Assembly: GCA_965287045.1 (NCBI GenBank)
Contig: OZ336879.1
Location: forward strand, 66,712,001 to 66,776,000
Source: Carcharhinus amblyrhynchos
Lineage: Eukaryota
Reading direction: 5' to 3'
DNA: 64,000 bases
The notes under the pieces were generated by a model. The model made no database searches, was not told the origin of the DNA, and saw only the letters and a list, made by a program, of their open reading frames with translations. Positions 1 through 12,568 of the stretch are shown here, one piece after another (positions within the stretch are counted from its first letter, which is position 1; each line of letters opens with the position of its first letter). The position numbers and the translations under genes were made by a program.

Positions 1-296
1 CCAGATTGACACTACAGAGGTGTTGAATCAAGGCCTCATCTACCCTTTTAGATGGAGGTAACAGATCCAGGGGCCCTACCCAAAGAACAGCAGAGAAGTG
101 CTCCCATTGTCCTGGTGAACATTTATCCCCCAATCAAAAACAGATAATCTGGTTATTTATTAAATTGTGGTTTGTAGGAACTTCTTAGGCACAAGAGGCT
201 GTTGTGTTTCCTATATTTACATCAGTGATCACATTTCAAAATACTACATTCTCTATGAGAGGACTGAGGTCATAAAGCCTACTTTATAGATGTAAT
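1..296 (+). mobile_element. Degenerate Deu-domain SINE (SacSINE1/AmnSINE1-like), 3' part
   Basis: Motifs tgtcctggtgaacatttatccc, aacagataatctggttatt, gtgtttcctatatttacatcagtga and ctgaggtcataaag follow the recalled Deu domain and tail order. Confidence 0.7.
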
Positions 297-1996
297 TCTA
301 GTGTAACAAGACACTTCATTAGCATTGGTAGACTAACGCAGGTGCTTCCACTATCATTCAGGTGGCCCCTCCGTATAGCTGAGAACGGGATAGAAATGAT
401 AATCCGGAACTGTGGACCTCTGACACAAAGTGAGGCTTCCTGAACCAAGATGATTGTCACTGAGATGTTGTGCTGTTGGTTCACTGACTTAAAGCACATT
501 GTTGTTGGGAGTCATATCATTCTAAACGTGCATTTGGATTGTCCAGTCCACAGCATTTGATTTTCATCTATTTTCTTCACAAGTTTAATAATGACAAAAA
601 ACATCCAGAATAGATTTTTCCTCCTAATCGTTTTTAAAATTGTAATTTTCCCCGTTACAAGCTGGAAAAAAAACAGCTGAATCCAGTTGAATCAGGCTTC
701 ACTACCCATCATCAGATCTATTCATTTGTGAAAAAATTGCCTGTGCCCAGAGGGTCAAAAATGATCAAAAGGATGGTTGTCATATTCGGATGATGAATGT
801 ACTAACCTGTACCACTCCTTCTGAAGAAATAGTGACAGCTTTATATGTGAAATAATATCACAAATAATTTGTATTTCCTTTTTTTTAACTCAAATTTCCC
901 CTACTGGGTATGCTTTACATGCATGAGAAGGTAATCAGAAAGGAACATCATCCTTTCTTTGTCTCTCTCCCTGCCTCTCATTCCCTTCCCATACAAGCGA
1001 GGTGCATAAAATGGCAGTGAAATATTCATGGATGCAGCGGCAAAGAAGGGATCAATATAACCATAAAATGGTAGCAGAGTACAATTAACAAAGCATTGCA
1101 GAATAGAAGGAGTGACATTTACAATCAGCAAGAGTGATACAGATTGCAAACCCATTGAAACATTTGGAGCTGCGTTCATTTTCAAAGCTTACTAATGTCA
1201 AAATGGGTCATGTTTTTATTCAGAAATGAGAGGTGAATGACACTCAGAAGGTCCGCAATTAATCTGACTGATGTGGCATTAATGGGACACACAATTCTCA
1301 TCGGATTAATAGCATTGTGTGTTTCATTCTGCAAAGAGCAGAGGCCGAAAGGATAAAGTTAGACCTCACAAACCTTACTGGAAGAATAAAATAAACATTC
1401 TTTAGAGATATCACTTTGGTCAGAAATGTGCTGGTTAGCAGCCTGAGAGATGATTCATTTGGTTAGAGGAGCAATAGAATGCCGCGAGCCAAGGCGTTAC
1501 GCTGATGTGGGGGGCTTGAGGCCCTAAACAGATTGAAAAGAGGACTGACATTTTTAATCATTCCCGGCAGGGAAACCAGACACTGTGTTCTAAGGTAAAC
1601 AATGCCCTCTGGAGTTGGTTACTTCAGCTTGTTAATACATTTTGGGCCCACAGGAAGCTCAGTTAGGGTCCACTCCTGCTTATGGTGGACACAGGAACAG
1701 CTCGACCCAAGAGGCATGTAATCCCCGGGGTAGGTTAGAAAAACCTGATATGGACCCCAATTGCTGCCAAGATGAGGAGGGAAAACAGAAGAATCACCTA
1801 TACCTCCCAACCTAGGTCATGATATCAGATGTTGAGCTAATAGGGCAGAAAACCAACCAAAAGTTCCACACCAATGGCAATCTTATTACAATAAAGTTTT
1901 CTAATTAAGCCACAACCATACATTAACAGTTTACCTGTGTTTCTTCATGTTGACTATTAATGTTGTGATTCTTTTTTCTCTTTCTCTTTTGATCAG

Positions 1997-2050
1997 ATTG
2001 TAAGTGTTGGGAAACACGTCAGAGGCTACCATTATGTCCTAGCCAACTTG
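1997..2050 (+). CDS. GRIA4: AMPA receptor GluA4 internal coding exon (amino-terminal domain), IVSVGKHVRGYHYVLANL
   Basis: 54 bp exon preceded by a pyrimidine tract and gatcAG, followed by GTgagc. Translation matches recalled GluA4 IVSVGKHVKGYHYIIANL. Too short to appear in the ORF track. Confidence 0.93.
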
Positions 2051-2539
2051 GTGAGCACTATATTGTTATTTACCTCTTCAACAACACCCATCATCTGGTT
2101 ACATTTTCATTATTCGTTTCCTAAATTTTTCTTTTGGATTTCCCTCTTATGGATTGGAGGGTGGGCTGATTTGAATGGATGGAGGATGCCGTGGAGTGAA
2201 TGACATGGCTTTGACAAGAATAAACTGTTTATTGTGCAACTTAAGGTGAATAAGTGTGAGATCATAAATGTTGCAAGGTAAAATAAGGAAAGAGAGATAT
2301 ATTTAGTGGAACAAACAGAAAGGTATAGAGGAACAAAGAGAATGAAAGATTCAAATACAGAAGTATGAGTGCAGCTAGACAAAACCATACATACAACAGT
2401 TTTCTTTTTGATTTTTAAATTGACAATGAGGCAAAGAAAAATGAAGAAACAAAAATTTGAACAAAACATTAGTTAGGTCACATTTACAACATTCTGTATA
2501 ATTTTGGGCACCCCATTTTAGAGATAAAGATAGAAGTGC

Positions 2540-2850
2540 AGCATCGTGGCACAGTGGTTAGCATTGATGTTTCACAGCACAGGGACCCAGGCTCAATTCC
2601 CACTTAGGTCTGTGTGGAGTTTGTACATTCTCCCCGTGTCTGCATGGGTTTCCTCTGGCTGCTCCGGTTTCCTCCCACAGTCCAAAAATTAGGTTGGTAA
2701 ATCACCTCTAAGTGTCCCAAGTTGTGTAGGCAAGAGGGTTTAGCAGGATAAATATGTGGAGCTTAGGGGATAGGGTCTGGATAAGATGCTGTGTCAAAGG
2801 GTTGGTGATGGACCAAATGGCCTCTTTCTGAACTGTCTGGATTCTATGAT
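2540..2850 (+). mobile_element. tRNA-derived HE1/V-SINE-like element with CR1-type tail
   Basis: A box gtggcacagtggttagc, B box ggctcaattcc, core tgtgtggagtttgtacattctccccgtgtctgc, tail aaatggcctc...gattctatg. More than 10 related copies in the window. Confidence 0.85.
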
Positions 2851-3611
2851 TCTGTGAAAGAGAATGCCAATCACCATGATGATGCCAGGATTGGAAAGTA
2901 TAATTGTGATTATTAACATGTCGAGACAATTTCCTTTGGAACAAAGATGAAATTTAATCAAGATTTCTAAGATAAAGTTAGTATGAAAATACTAGTTTTT
3001 TTGTTGGGTAGTCAGCGATGAGGATTCATCAATTTAAACTTCCTGCTAAAAGTAATGGGAGAGGTTAGAAGAAATTTATTTCCATGGAGGATATAGGAAC
3101 ATAGAGTGTGTTGCTACAAATAATGGTTGAACAAAGAATATTGCATCTTCTAAGGCAACATATGTTAAATATTTAAAGAAGAAAATTCAAGTTCATGGCA
3201 ATAGGATTAGCTTTAGATTGTTTGAACAAAGAGTCAGTACTGATACGACAGATCAAGTGGCCTCCATTATACTGAACCATAAATGTTCTACTACTTTATT
3301 TACATGTTTGAACTGATCGCTCAGTAGCTTTATATAGTGATTACATGGGCCGAACATACCAGTAAGACTTCAAATTCAACCCTTTTACTGATTTAGCTGA
3401 CTTTGGCCAGAATGGAAATGGGCACCTTCAGGTCCATTGCTATCCAGCAGATCCCAGCTGTAAGTGTACATTCAGCTGATGACACAATTAGACTATAAAG
3501 CTGTGAGAATTGCTTTGGTCACAAAACTGAGAACATTTAAGAGACGTGCATTGTGTGGTGGAAAAGAATTAATATTGGAAAGTCATCAGAAGAGTTATAA
3601 ATTTCAAACTT

Positions 3612-3980
3612 GGGGAGGCAATGGCATAGTAGTATTCTCACTACACTATTAATCCAGAAACTCAGTTAATGTTCTGGGGATCTGGGTTCAAATCCTGACA
3701 CTACACATGGTGGAATTTGAATTCGATTAAAAACAAAATCTGGAATTAAGAATCTGCTGATGACCATGAAGCCATTGTCGATTGTTGGAAAAACCCATCT
3801 GGTTCACTGACGTTCTTTAGGGAAGGAAATCTACCATCCTTACCCGGTCTAGCCTACATGTGACTCCAGGGCCACAGCAAAATGGTTGACTCTCAACTGC
3901 CCTCCAAGAGTAAGGAGGGATGGGCAATAAATGCTGGCCAGCCAGTGATGGCCATGTCCCACAAATGAATTTAAAAAAAT
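3612..3980 (+). mobile_element. tRNA-headed SINE with L2-type 3' tail
   Basis: Head ggaggcaatggcatagtagt...ctgggttcaaatcc. Tail ggatgggcaataaatgctggccagccagtgatg...aaatgaatttaaaaaa is shared with L2 3' ends at about 36720 and 48805. Confidence 0.7.
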
Positions 3981-4134
3981 ACAGACAGGTCAGAATGGAG
4001 TTTACGGTCATAATTTGATTAGTCCAGACTGACAAAATGAATGATATAAACATCTTATTGAAATATTCATAGACTAGTGGGCCTCATGTCATAATCAGAC
4101 CTTAACTGCATGGTGATTCCTAATGTGGTTGCAG

Positions 4135-4296
4135 GGATTCAAGGATATACCCCTGGATAGATTTATGCATGGAGGAGCGAATGTAACGGGATTCCAAATA
4201 GTGGATTACAGCAGACCCGTTGTTACTAAATTTATGCAACGCTGGAAGAAGCTGGATCAGAGAGAGTTTCCTGGGACAGATAATGCTCAATTGAAG
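4135..4296 (+). CDS. GRIA4: GluA4 internal coding exon, [54 protein letters not shown]
   Basis: 162 bp, ttgcAG|GGA...AAG|GTacag, inside ORF 4123..4308. [15 protein letters not shown] and RWKKLDQRE match recalled GluA4. In frame with the previous exon. Confidence 0.93.
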
Positions 4297-4789
4297 GTAC
4301 AGTTATGAAATCTTATAAGACAGTGGTGAATTGACTCACTTATAGCCTGGAAATAATGCTGCATTAACATTTAACATTTTCATATCATTTCGCTCTATCC
4401 TATTTATCTTAAATGGATTAAAGTTCACTAAAACAGTTTGAACTGATGTCTTGGGTGTACATTAAATATTTGTCCACTACTACTGGCAGAAGTCATTTTT
4501 TGACAGTAAGCATTTGTTAAATTGTTCAGCATACTTTCAGTAGAAAAAGAGGTTAAAATAGATGAATAGTGTAAAATATTGGAACTGCTCGTGATACTGC
4601 ACTGTCAACAGCCTGTGAGCCTATTGCATCGAAAGAAGTTAGAAAGAAATCTGTTTGTGGTTATCTTCTTGATCAGACAATTTGATTACAGAGTTGGACA
4701 GGACATTAAAATGGAGACAGGAATTGTGATTCCTCCATGTCTGCTATTTCCAATGCTGGTGGTACAAACTTCTGCTGCTTGTTAATTTA

Positions 4790-6700
4790 AATTATTATGG
4801 CGCAGAGCGAATGTGCTGTGGACTGACTGCACGCCTGAGCACTGGATGCAAAATCATGAGAAGACAGCAAGGCTCCAGTATCTAAAACCAGCTGCATCTT
4901 TGCCTGAGAGGAGGCTCCATTAGTGCTTCATTGGAGTCCTTGGTACAGGGAATGGAGAGGAGGAGAAATGTCATCCATCCTCAAGGGTCAGGAGGGTTTC
5001 CAGACACATTTTCAAAGACAGGGGCTTCAGTCGATGTCAATGCAAGGAATCCAGCCCCAAGGTCCTTGATGTAGTGAAGCAAAGTAGCCAAGGTCAGTGA
5101 ATGCACATTCAATATCCTTACAAACAGACCTCTGGCCTGACCCATTTCTCAGTGCACTGCAGCCCTGTCTCTAGCCTACCTCTATCAGTCTCAGCTCATA
5201 CTCAACATTCACGGCTTCCCCTCACCCTCGTACACTGCTGCAGACCTCAGTCCCAAATCCCTCAGATTGCACAAACTGCTAGCTTTCAATGGGATAGCCA
5301 CATCATCCAAACACATTGCACCACACCCATTGAAACGCTTACTTCTCTCTTACAGGACAAGGTGGCACACAGTTGGAAGGAGCAACCCCTACCTGAAAGA
5401 GGACAGGCATGGCTGCCTGTCCCTACACCAACAGGGAACAGAGAAAGCAGCAACTGTTATTTGTTCAGTCAAGGCCGATGTACGTTCAACAGGGAGGTGG
5501 AAACAGTTGAGGATGCTGATGTCCTCATACCTAATCTTCCTTCTCTTTCCATCATTTCTTTGATTTGCAAGCAGAAGATGGTGTGAGCGTGCACATTTTG
5601 TTCACCCCCACCAGCTCTGTCACACCAGCCGTTCACCATAACTCTTCAGCTTCCTCCTTTCACTTTAGTGCATTGGTAGGCCTGCCAGAAAGCCTGCAAT
5701 GCCAAGGAGTATGAAGAAGTCTGACAGAAACTTGGCTGAAAGCACAGAGCCCATCCTGTTCAGAATCAAAATGGTGGCCAGCTTCATGAGCACACTTGTT
5801 GATCAAATCAGGATGCAGCATCTGACAGTCAATGTCTCGGCTTTCATTGCAGCAGAAGCCATCCAATCAAATGTCAGGCTGAACTCGTGGCAGTTCAAGG
5901 AGCTACCATGCAAAAACACTCTGCTCCCGCACTGGCTCAGGGGGCCGTCCCGCACTGGCTCAGGGGGCCGTCCCGCACTGGCTCAGGGGGCCGTCCCGCA
6001 CTGGCTCAGGGGGCCGTCCCGCACTGGCTCAGGGGGCCGTCCCGCACTGGCTCAGGGGGCCGTCCCGCACTGGCTCAGGGGGCTGTCCCGCATTGGCTCA
6101 GGGGGCTGTCACTCCAGCTTTCAATACCAGTGTTCAAGGCATCATTCCAGGAATCCGTAAATCACCAACGGGCTAGTCGAATTGCCATGGCTCTCTACCA
6201 GTGGTTGTGGCTGTTTCAGGCCAGCCAGCAGCCCTGCTTACTGCCGCCCATGGTGCAGCCCAAAGCCAAGCCTTTTGGGCCTGGGGATATTCAAAGTAAC
6301 CCAACAAAGCCAATTACAGCCTCCTCCACTGAAACTTAGCCATGTGGCAGCTACATGGATAACACTGCTTAGGTCATCAGGACATGATTTAATGGAATGC
6401 AGTTGTCTGTAATGTGGCATGATTTGATTTATAAATTTTATTTGTGAAAAAATTATGATTGGTTTATTTTCTGATCAAACATACACTGTGATGGTCAGTT
6501 CCAAAGGAAAGATGAGGTGGGGGACTATTGGAGAAAGGGGAGCTGGTGTAATGTTTACTGGAAGGACAACTGGGTGAATCAATCATGGTCTGCCAGGTCA
6601 CTAAGGAGCTGCATTGGTTACCTCCTCCCCTTCAGGCTCCTCATACTCCTCCTCATTCTCCTCATCATACAGCCTTTATGTTTTATCAATCCTCATTGAG
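4790..6700 (+). mobile_element. Degenerate PIF/Harbinger remnant (Myb/SANT-like accessory gene region)
   Basis: About 4920-4980 reads SASLESLVQGMERRRNVIHP, resembling the Harbinger Myb-like start also seen on the - strand at about 34100-34170. Boundaries uncertain. Confidence 0.5.
5925..6110. repeat. Minisatellite, 8 copies of 23 bp TCCCGCACTGGCTCAGGGGGCCG
   Basis: Six identical units (5925-6062), then two with C>T variants. No spacers. Confidence 0.97.
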
Positions 6701-8854
6701 TGACAATGTTTTACTGTCACATTCCTGTATCAAGCTATTATTCTCGCTTAATATTTTTTTTCCAAAATATGTATGAAATTGATTGACTATCAGTCTATTT
6801 TAGTGGGTTATCTGTGATTGAGAGCATTTTCAGTCAGTGGTAGCGAAAGGGGCACAGGACATTCAATATAGGATTTGCTTACTCTTGGGCGATTACGATG
6901 GAGTAGATTGTACCTGATCTATGGAAAGAGCTGACGTGATGGCTTTGATTAGTTGTTCTTATCTTGCCATTTCTTACATTGTGGTGTTGTAATGCTGCAC
7001 AAGCATTTCTCCAGAAACAGTGAGAATATTCCCAACACATACAACTTAGCAAAGTTATATATTGAGAGAAAACAACTTCATTTTTTTATTTAAGTATAAA
7101 GGAACTAAATGGTGATGCCAAGTCCTATCTCATTGATAAGTCTTGTCATTGAAACAAACCTTGTAAGGGTGAAGTGTCATTGTAGTGGGTTGGTAAAAGG
7201 TCAGGTAGAACCCTGTGCCCTCGCCTGCGGTGAATTTAGTGGCAGTGACCTTTAATTGGCTGGGAGTTTGGTAGGTGGGGACTCATCGCCTCTCTGCCTT
7301 CATCCTGATTAAGTCTATGATGGGAAAGCTGTGTATGACCTACTTGCCCCATACAAATTGAAGCTCTTAATTGGTAATTATTGCTCATTTAAGGGCTTCA
7401 TCCCATGGCCAGTGGTGTTCAGCAAGCGATAGGTGGAGTCTTAGGAAGCATAACAATCAAACCCATGCAGTGTTCCTGGTATCCTCCTGAGGTGGAGGGG
7501 TGCTTCATGCAGAAGCGCTCAGTGTCTTATCAGGGGGCCCTGACATAGGAAGGTAGGGGACCACCTAGTGCCACCTCCCTGTCCTTGATGCTAATCCCCC
7601 TCCTTGCAAACCCCACTCTCTGACACCCAGTTTGCCATCACTCACCACTGACCTGGGTTCCAGAGACGATCTCAGCAACTACCATCTTCCAATGGCGTTG
7701 CCATTTAATAGAGTTTGTGACCTCCAAATGGGACTTCTGTGTGCAGCCCAGAAGGAAAAACAGTAAAAACCGGAAAAGAAGAATACTAGTCTGAACTGGT
7801 CTTGTATACTCTAAAATGGAACACCATTAAAAACTGGGAAATAAGAGTACTGATCCAAATAGTTCTGGAGCGGAGTCCTTATTCCTGGAGGAATACCTAC
7901 CACTGGCCTGTCACATGGCTGATAGATAAAAGATGCATCAGGTCTTCTTGTAATGAGGTGACGTGGGGATCTCACTGGCAGCTGGCCACCGAGACCCCTG
8001 CCTCTTCCACAGGAGTTCACCCCTCTTGGCCCTGCTTTAAAATTGAACTTGAACTGGTGAAGTAAAAATCCTTTCTGTCTACAAAGACAACTAAATTTGG
8101 GTATCAAGTAATAAATGAACTCCAAAGCGTAAACTCGTCTTATGTTTAAAATCAATGGACTGTTAATGAAGTGAGTTGTATGGTAAGCTGATCCACTCTA
8201 CCAGCTCCCAGCTCAAGTGGTGAAGACAGACATCTTTCCTATTGTTTCACATGGCAGGATGCAGAAATACTGCTGCGTTTGTATGTGGTTGATGGCGCAA
8301 ATGAGCGAGTGAAGAGGGAGTCGAGCAAAAGGTACAAGCTATGAGCTTGGGGAGACCACCAGTTTTGCCCTACCTTACTTCCTCCAGTGTTTCCTCTCCC
8401 ATAACCTTGTTCAGTCTTTCTTATAAGGCATCTAGGATCACAGCTTTGGTGACACACTCCTGGCTGAGTGCACTGTCCTCTCCCACTAGCGGAGATTTCT
8501 GCTGACAGCGACTGGGCATTTTCACTTGAAGAATATGATCTCGTGTGGGATGGATTCTGTTTCCCAGAATACGAAACGGCAGAAAGAATTTTGTCATTCA
8601 CAGTGGTTCCTTCGCTCAGTGGGGGAATTCAGTTTGTGCGTGTAAAGAATGAAACCTGCTGCCTGAAGAAAAATTGCATCGGGGCAACAGACTAAATTAC
8701 TGACACACCAGGAGCACAATCACTCCCCAGTCAACTTTGTTGGGTTATTTTATCAATCTCAATTTTCTCTAATTGAAAGTGAGAATATTGTTCAACTGCT
8801 TTGAAAAGAGAGGTTGTGTTCTAATGGAGCTGGGTGCAATATATTGAAAACTAT

Positions 8855-9880
8855 TGAATCATAGAATGGTTATAGACAGAAAGAGAGCCATTTGATTCTT
8901 CATGTTTGTGCTGATTTTCTGCAAGAGTAACTCAGCTCGTCTCACTTCCCCTGCCCTTTCCCCATCATCCTGGAAATTTTCCTCTTCAGTTAATCATCCA
9001 ATTCCCTTTTGAAATCCATGATTGAATCTGCCTCCACCGCACACTCTTGCAGTGCTTTCCAGATCCCTAACAAATGCGTTAAGTTTTGCTTCATGTTGCC
9101 ATTGGTTCACTTTGCCATTCACATTAAATCTGTGCCCACTTGTTTCCTTCCACCAATGGGAACAGTTGCCCCCTATCTCCTTGGTCCAAACCCCTCATGA
9201 TTTTGAATATCTCTACCAAAGCTTCTCCGAGTGAACCTTCTTTAAGGAGAATAACCAAAGCTTCTCCAAATTTTCCATGGAACTGAAATCCCACATCCCT
9301 GGAATCATTCTTGTAAAGATTTTTCTGCACCCTTGTTAATTCCCTAACCTCCTTCCTAAAGTGTGGTATCCAGAATTGGACAAAAAACTCCCATTGAAGC
9401 CAAGTCAGTGATTTATAAAGGTTCATCATGACTTGTTGCTTTGGCACTCCCCAAGCTTCTATTTATAAAGCCCAGGGTCCCATTAGCCTGAATAACAGTT
9501 TTCCCAACCTACTCTATTAATTTCAACCATTTGAGCACAGGTGCTTCTGTATCCCCCTTATTTTTATTTCCTCCTCTCATCCTTCTCCAAAAATGTATCC
9601 CGTCACATTTCTCTGCTATGAATTGCATCTATCGCATGTCCACACATCCCACCAGTCTATGTCCTCTGGAAGTTTATCAATATCCTCCTCACAGTTCACA
9701 ACACTTTGCAGTTTTGTGTTAACTGCAAACATTATAAATTGTTCCCTGTATGGTCAAGTCAAGGTTATTAAATAGATAAAGAGAAGATGTGCTCCAAGTA
9801 TTGACTCTGGGGAAACTCCACCATATATCTTTTTCAATCTATAAAACAACCATTCACCAGACTGTTTTCAGTCATTCAGC
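8855..9880 (-). mobile_element. CR1-clade LINE 3' fragment (degenerate)
   Basis: ORF 9124..9447 resembles the CR1 RT C-terminus (VQFWIPHFRK...EALVEIFKIMRGLD). Tail gaatcatagaat at the left end. Confidence 0.8.
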
Positions 9881-9944
9881 TGACTTAATGTTTTTAATCA
9901 TCCATAATCAATTCTAATTAAATCACAATTCACAAAGGAGAGTG

Positions 9945-10590
9945 CAAACTTGCATTTATATAGCAACTTATCACATTCTCAGGTCATTTTAAAGTTCTTC
10001 ATAGTCAACAAAACTGCATGATATTGCAGTGGTTAGCCCTGCTGCCTCACAGCACAGGGACCTGGGTTCAATTCCAGCCTCGGTTGACTGTCTGTGTGGA
10101 GTTTGCACGTTCTTCTTGTGTCTGTGTGGGTTTCCTCCAGATGATCTGGTTTCAGTCCAGATATGCAGGTTAGGTGGATTGGTCATTCTAAATTGGCCTT
10201 TAGTGTCGGGGGATTAGCGGGGTAAATAGCTGGGATTATGGAGTTAGGCCTGGGTGGGATTATTGTTGGTGCAGGCTTGATGGACCAAATGGTCTCCTTC
10301 TCCATGCTAGGGACTCTATAATACTATGAATAATCAAATGTTAAATTAATTCCTGTGCCAAGCAGGCAAATGCAGTAGCCAATTTTCACACATGGCACTA
10401 ACAGCAATTAAATAAATGATTAAATAAGCAGCTTTTTAGTTGTGCTGCTTGTTGGCCAGGGCATTAGGGAGACTCTCCTCTGATCTGACCTGAATATTCC
10501 AAATGATCCTTCACATCCATCTAAGCAAACAACAAAGCCTAGATTTAACATCTCATCTGAAAGCTGGCACCCGTGACAATTCAGCACTCA
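9945..10590 (-). mobile_element. Deu-domain SINE interrupted by an HE1-like SINE
   Basis: Tail cttgcatttatatagc at about 9950 and Deu core ttggccagg...gatccttcacatccatct...tttaacatctcatctgaaag at 10450-10565. Confidence 0.7.
10027..10320 (+). mobile_element. HE1/V-SINE-like element
   Basis: Same head, core and tail as the 2540 copy. Confidence 0.85.
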
Positions 10591-11179
10591 GAGGAGAGAG
10601 CCAAGGAGCCAAGGGCACAATATGAAGAGGTTTTCCAAATTGCTAACTCTTACAGCTTATTATCCTAAAATAATGAGTTCTGTAGCTTTGAGATATTAGA
10701 TAGAAACTTTATGATAAGGAGAATGTTAACACTCCAGCTTACCCAACTTATCTGAGGCATAAAGCTGACAAAAGTAAGTTACTTCTCACTTAATGAAACA
10801 AAAAAAGGACAAAGCACAAACTATTCGCTAACTCAGATCAGTTTTGCTAAAGTTAGATGTAAGTTGAAAATTACCTCAAATTTAATTTTAATTAATAAAT
10901 AGGGACAAATGTTGTAAAAAAATACATTACAAATGGAATGTAGCTTAGTATATTTTCGATACTAATCCATCTCCTGCAGATGGAGTGCACGAACGAACAT
11001 AGTCTTAGGTGGAACTGACCAAGGAGCAAAGATGTAATTCATATGCCCATACTTTATTTTCATAAATCTCAATACTCCTCATGGAAGTTGCCTTTGTATG
11101 TCACTATGGACGGCCGAGGAACACACTTCATGGTCATTCCCTCAGAAACAGCTTTTAGAATGGCCAAAAGTTTTCTATA

Positions 11180-11480
11180 TTTTACCTGTTCATGGGATGT
11201 GGGTATCACTGGCAGGTAACATTTATTGCCCATCCCTGAGGACATTTAAGAATCAGTCATGTAGGCCAGACCAGGAAATAATGACAGATTTCCTTCCCAA
11301 AAGGACATTAGTGAGCCAGATAGATTTTTACAGTTGTTTGCTGATCATCATCAGACTTCTATTTCCAGAATTTTTTATTGCATTCATATTTCATCATCTA
11401 CCATGGTGGGGTTTGAACCAGTGTCCCCAGAGCATTACCATGGGGTTTCTGGATTACCAGTGACAATGCTACTTTGCTGC
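11180..11480 (-). mobile_element. L2-tailed SINE (family of 3612-3980)
   Basis: ttcatgggatgtgggtatcactggc...atttattgcccatccct and ccatggtggggtttgaacc are reverse complements of the tail and head of the 3612 element. Confidence 0.65.
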
Positions 11481-12568
11481 TGCCTCTGCTTCTCTCTTTG
11501 GGGAGCCTTTCTGTAGCAATGCCTCCAACATCCTGGGAGAAGGGTTATTTAAACTGACCATCCATGCACCCCAGTTCAAAGCCTCTGAGGTTGGGGTGGA
11601 GAGGAGGGGTTCAAGAGATAGGGTGGCTTGATGAGATTGCTCTGCCATTCATCTACCCTGCCGTTCAGTAAGATCATAGGTGATTAGATTGTAATTTCCC
11701 ACCTACCCCGAAACCCTTTCATCCACATTTTTTAATCAAGAATCTGTCTACTCTGCCTTGAAAATATTCAAAATCTCAGCTCCACTTGAAAAAGCCCATT
11801 TTTGCCCTGTTTTCTGTCCATTAAACCTCTATCCATGCTATTTATTATGTCCATCCCCTTGAGCCCTTATTTTGCCTACTAACCCATTGTGTGCCACCTT
11901 TTTGAATGTTTTTGGAAATCCAAGTATGCTATATTTATTGGTTCACCTTTATCAACTCTACTAGTTACATGTTCAGAAACGCTAATAAATTTGTCAATCA
12001 GGATTTTTCCTTTCAGTAAAACAATGTTGACTTGTTCTAAGCTTTTCTCAGTGCATTGTTCGGACTTCCTTATAATGGATTCCAGCCTTTTCCCAACAAT
12101 TGATGTTTAAAGGCAAGGATAGATAAATAGATAAATGTTTGAACAGTAAAGGAATTAAGGGTTATGGTGAGCGGTCAGATAAGTGGCGCTTATAATGGGC
12201 CCACATTTGTTTTTGCCAATCTTTTCATTTTTACATACCTCTAGAAGTTTTTACAGTCCTTTTTATGTTTCTCCCTAGTTTTTACACCTGTATTTTTTTT
12301 TTATTTTTCTATCAGATTATTGGTCCTCCTTTGCTGAATTCTAAAAAGCTCCCAATCTTAAGGCTTCCTACTTTTCTGCCAATTTTATAATCCTCTTCCA
12401 TTGATCTAATACAATCTTCAACATCTCTTATTAGCCACAACTGGATCACTTTTCTGTTGGGTTTTTGTGCCTCAAAGGAATGTATATTTGTTGCAAACCA
12501 TGTATTATTTCTTTAAATGCTAATTGCCTGTTAATTGTCAGACCTTTCAATGCTGTTTCCCAATCAAA

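Noticed and set aside
284-499. Upstream GRIA4 exon or antisense gene
   Set aside because: No GluA-like translation recognised in 1-1996; the preceding exon is probably outside the window.
2540-2610. tRNA genes at SINE heads (A and B boxes)
   Set aside because: Each continues into the SINE core and tail; no complete cloverleaf.
3310-3540. LF-SINE-like ancient element
   Set aside because: It looks like an old tRNA-headed repeat, but I could not match it confidently to a named family.
5925-6110. 23 bp repeat array as a CRISPR array or repetitive protein (ORFs 5699..6160, 5887..6339)
   Set aside because: Units are head-to-tail with no spacers, the context is a vertebrate intron, and the ORFs are open only because the GC-rich unit lacks stops.
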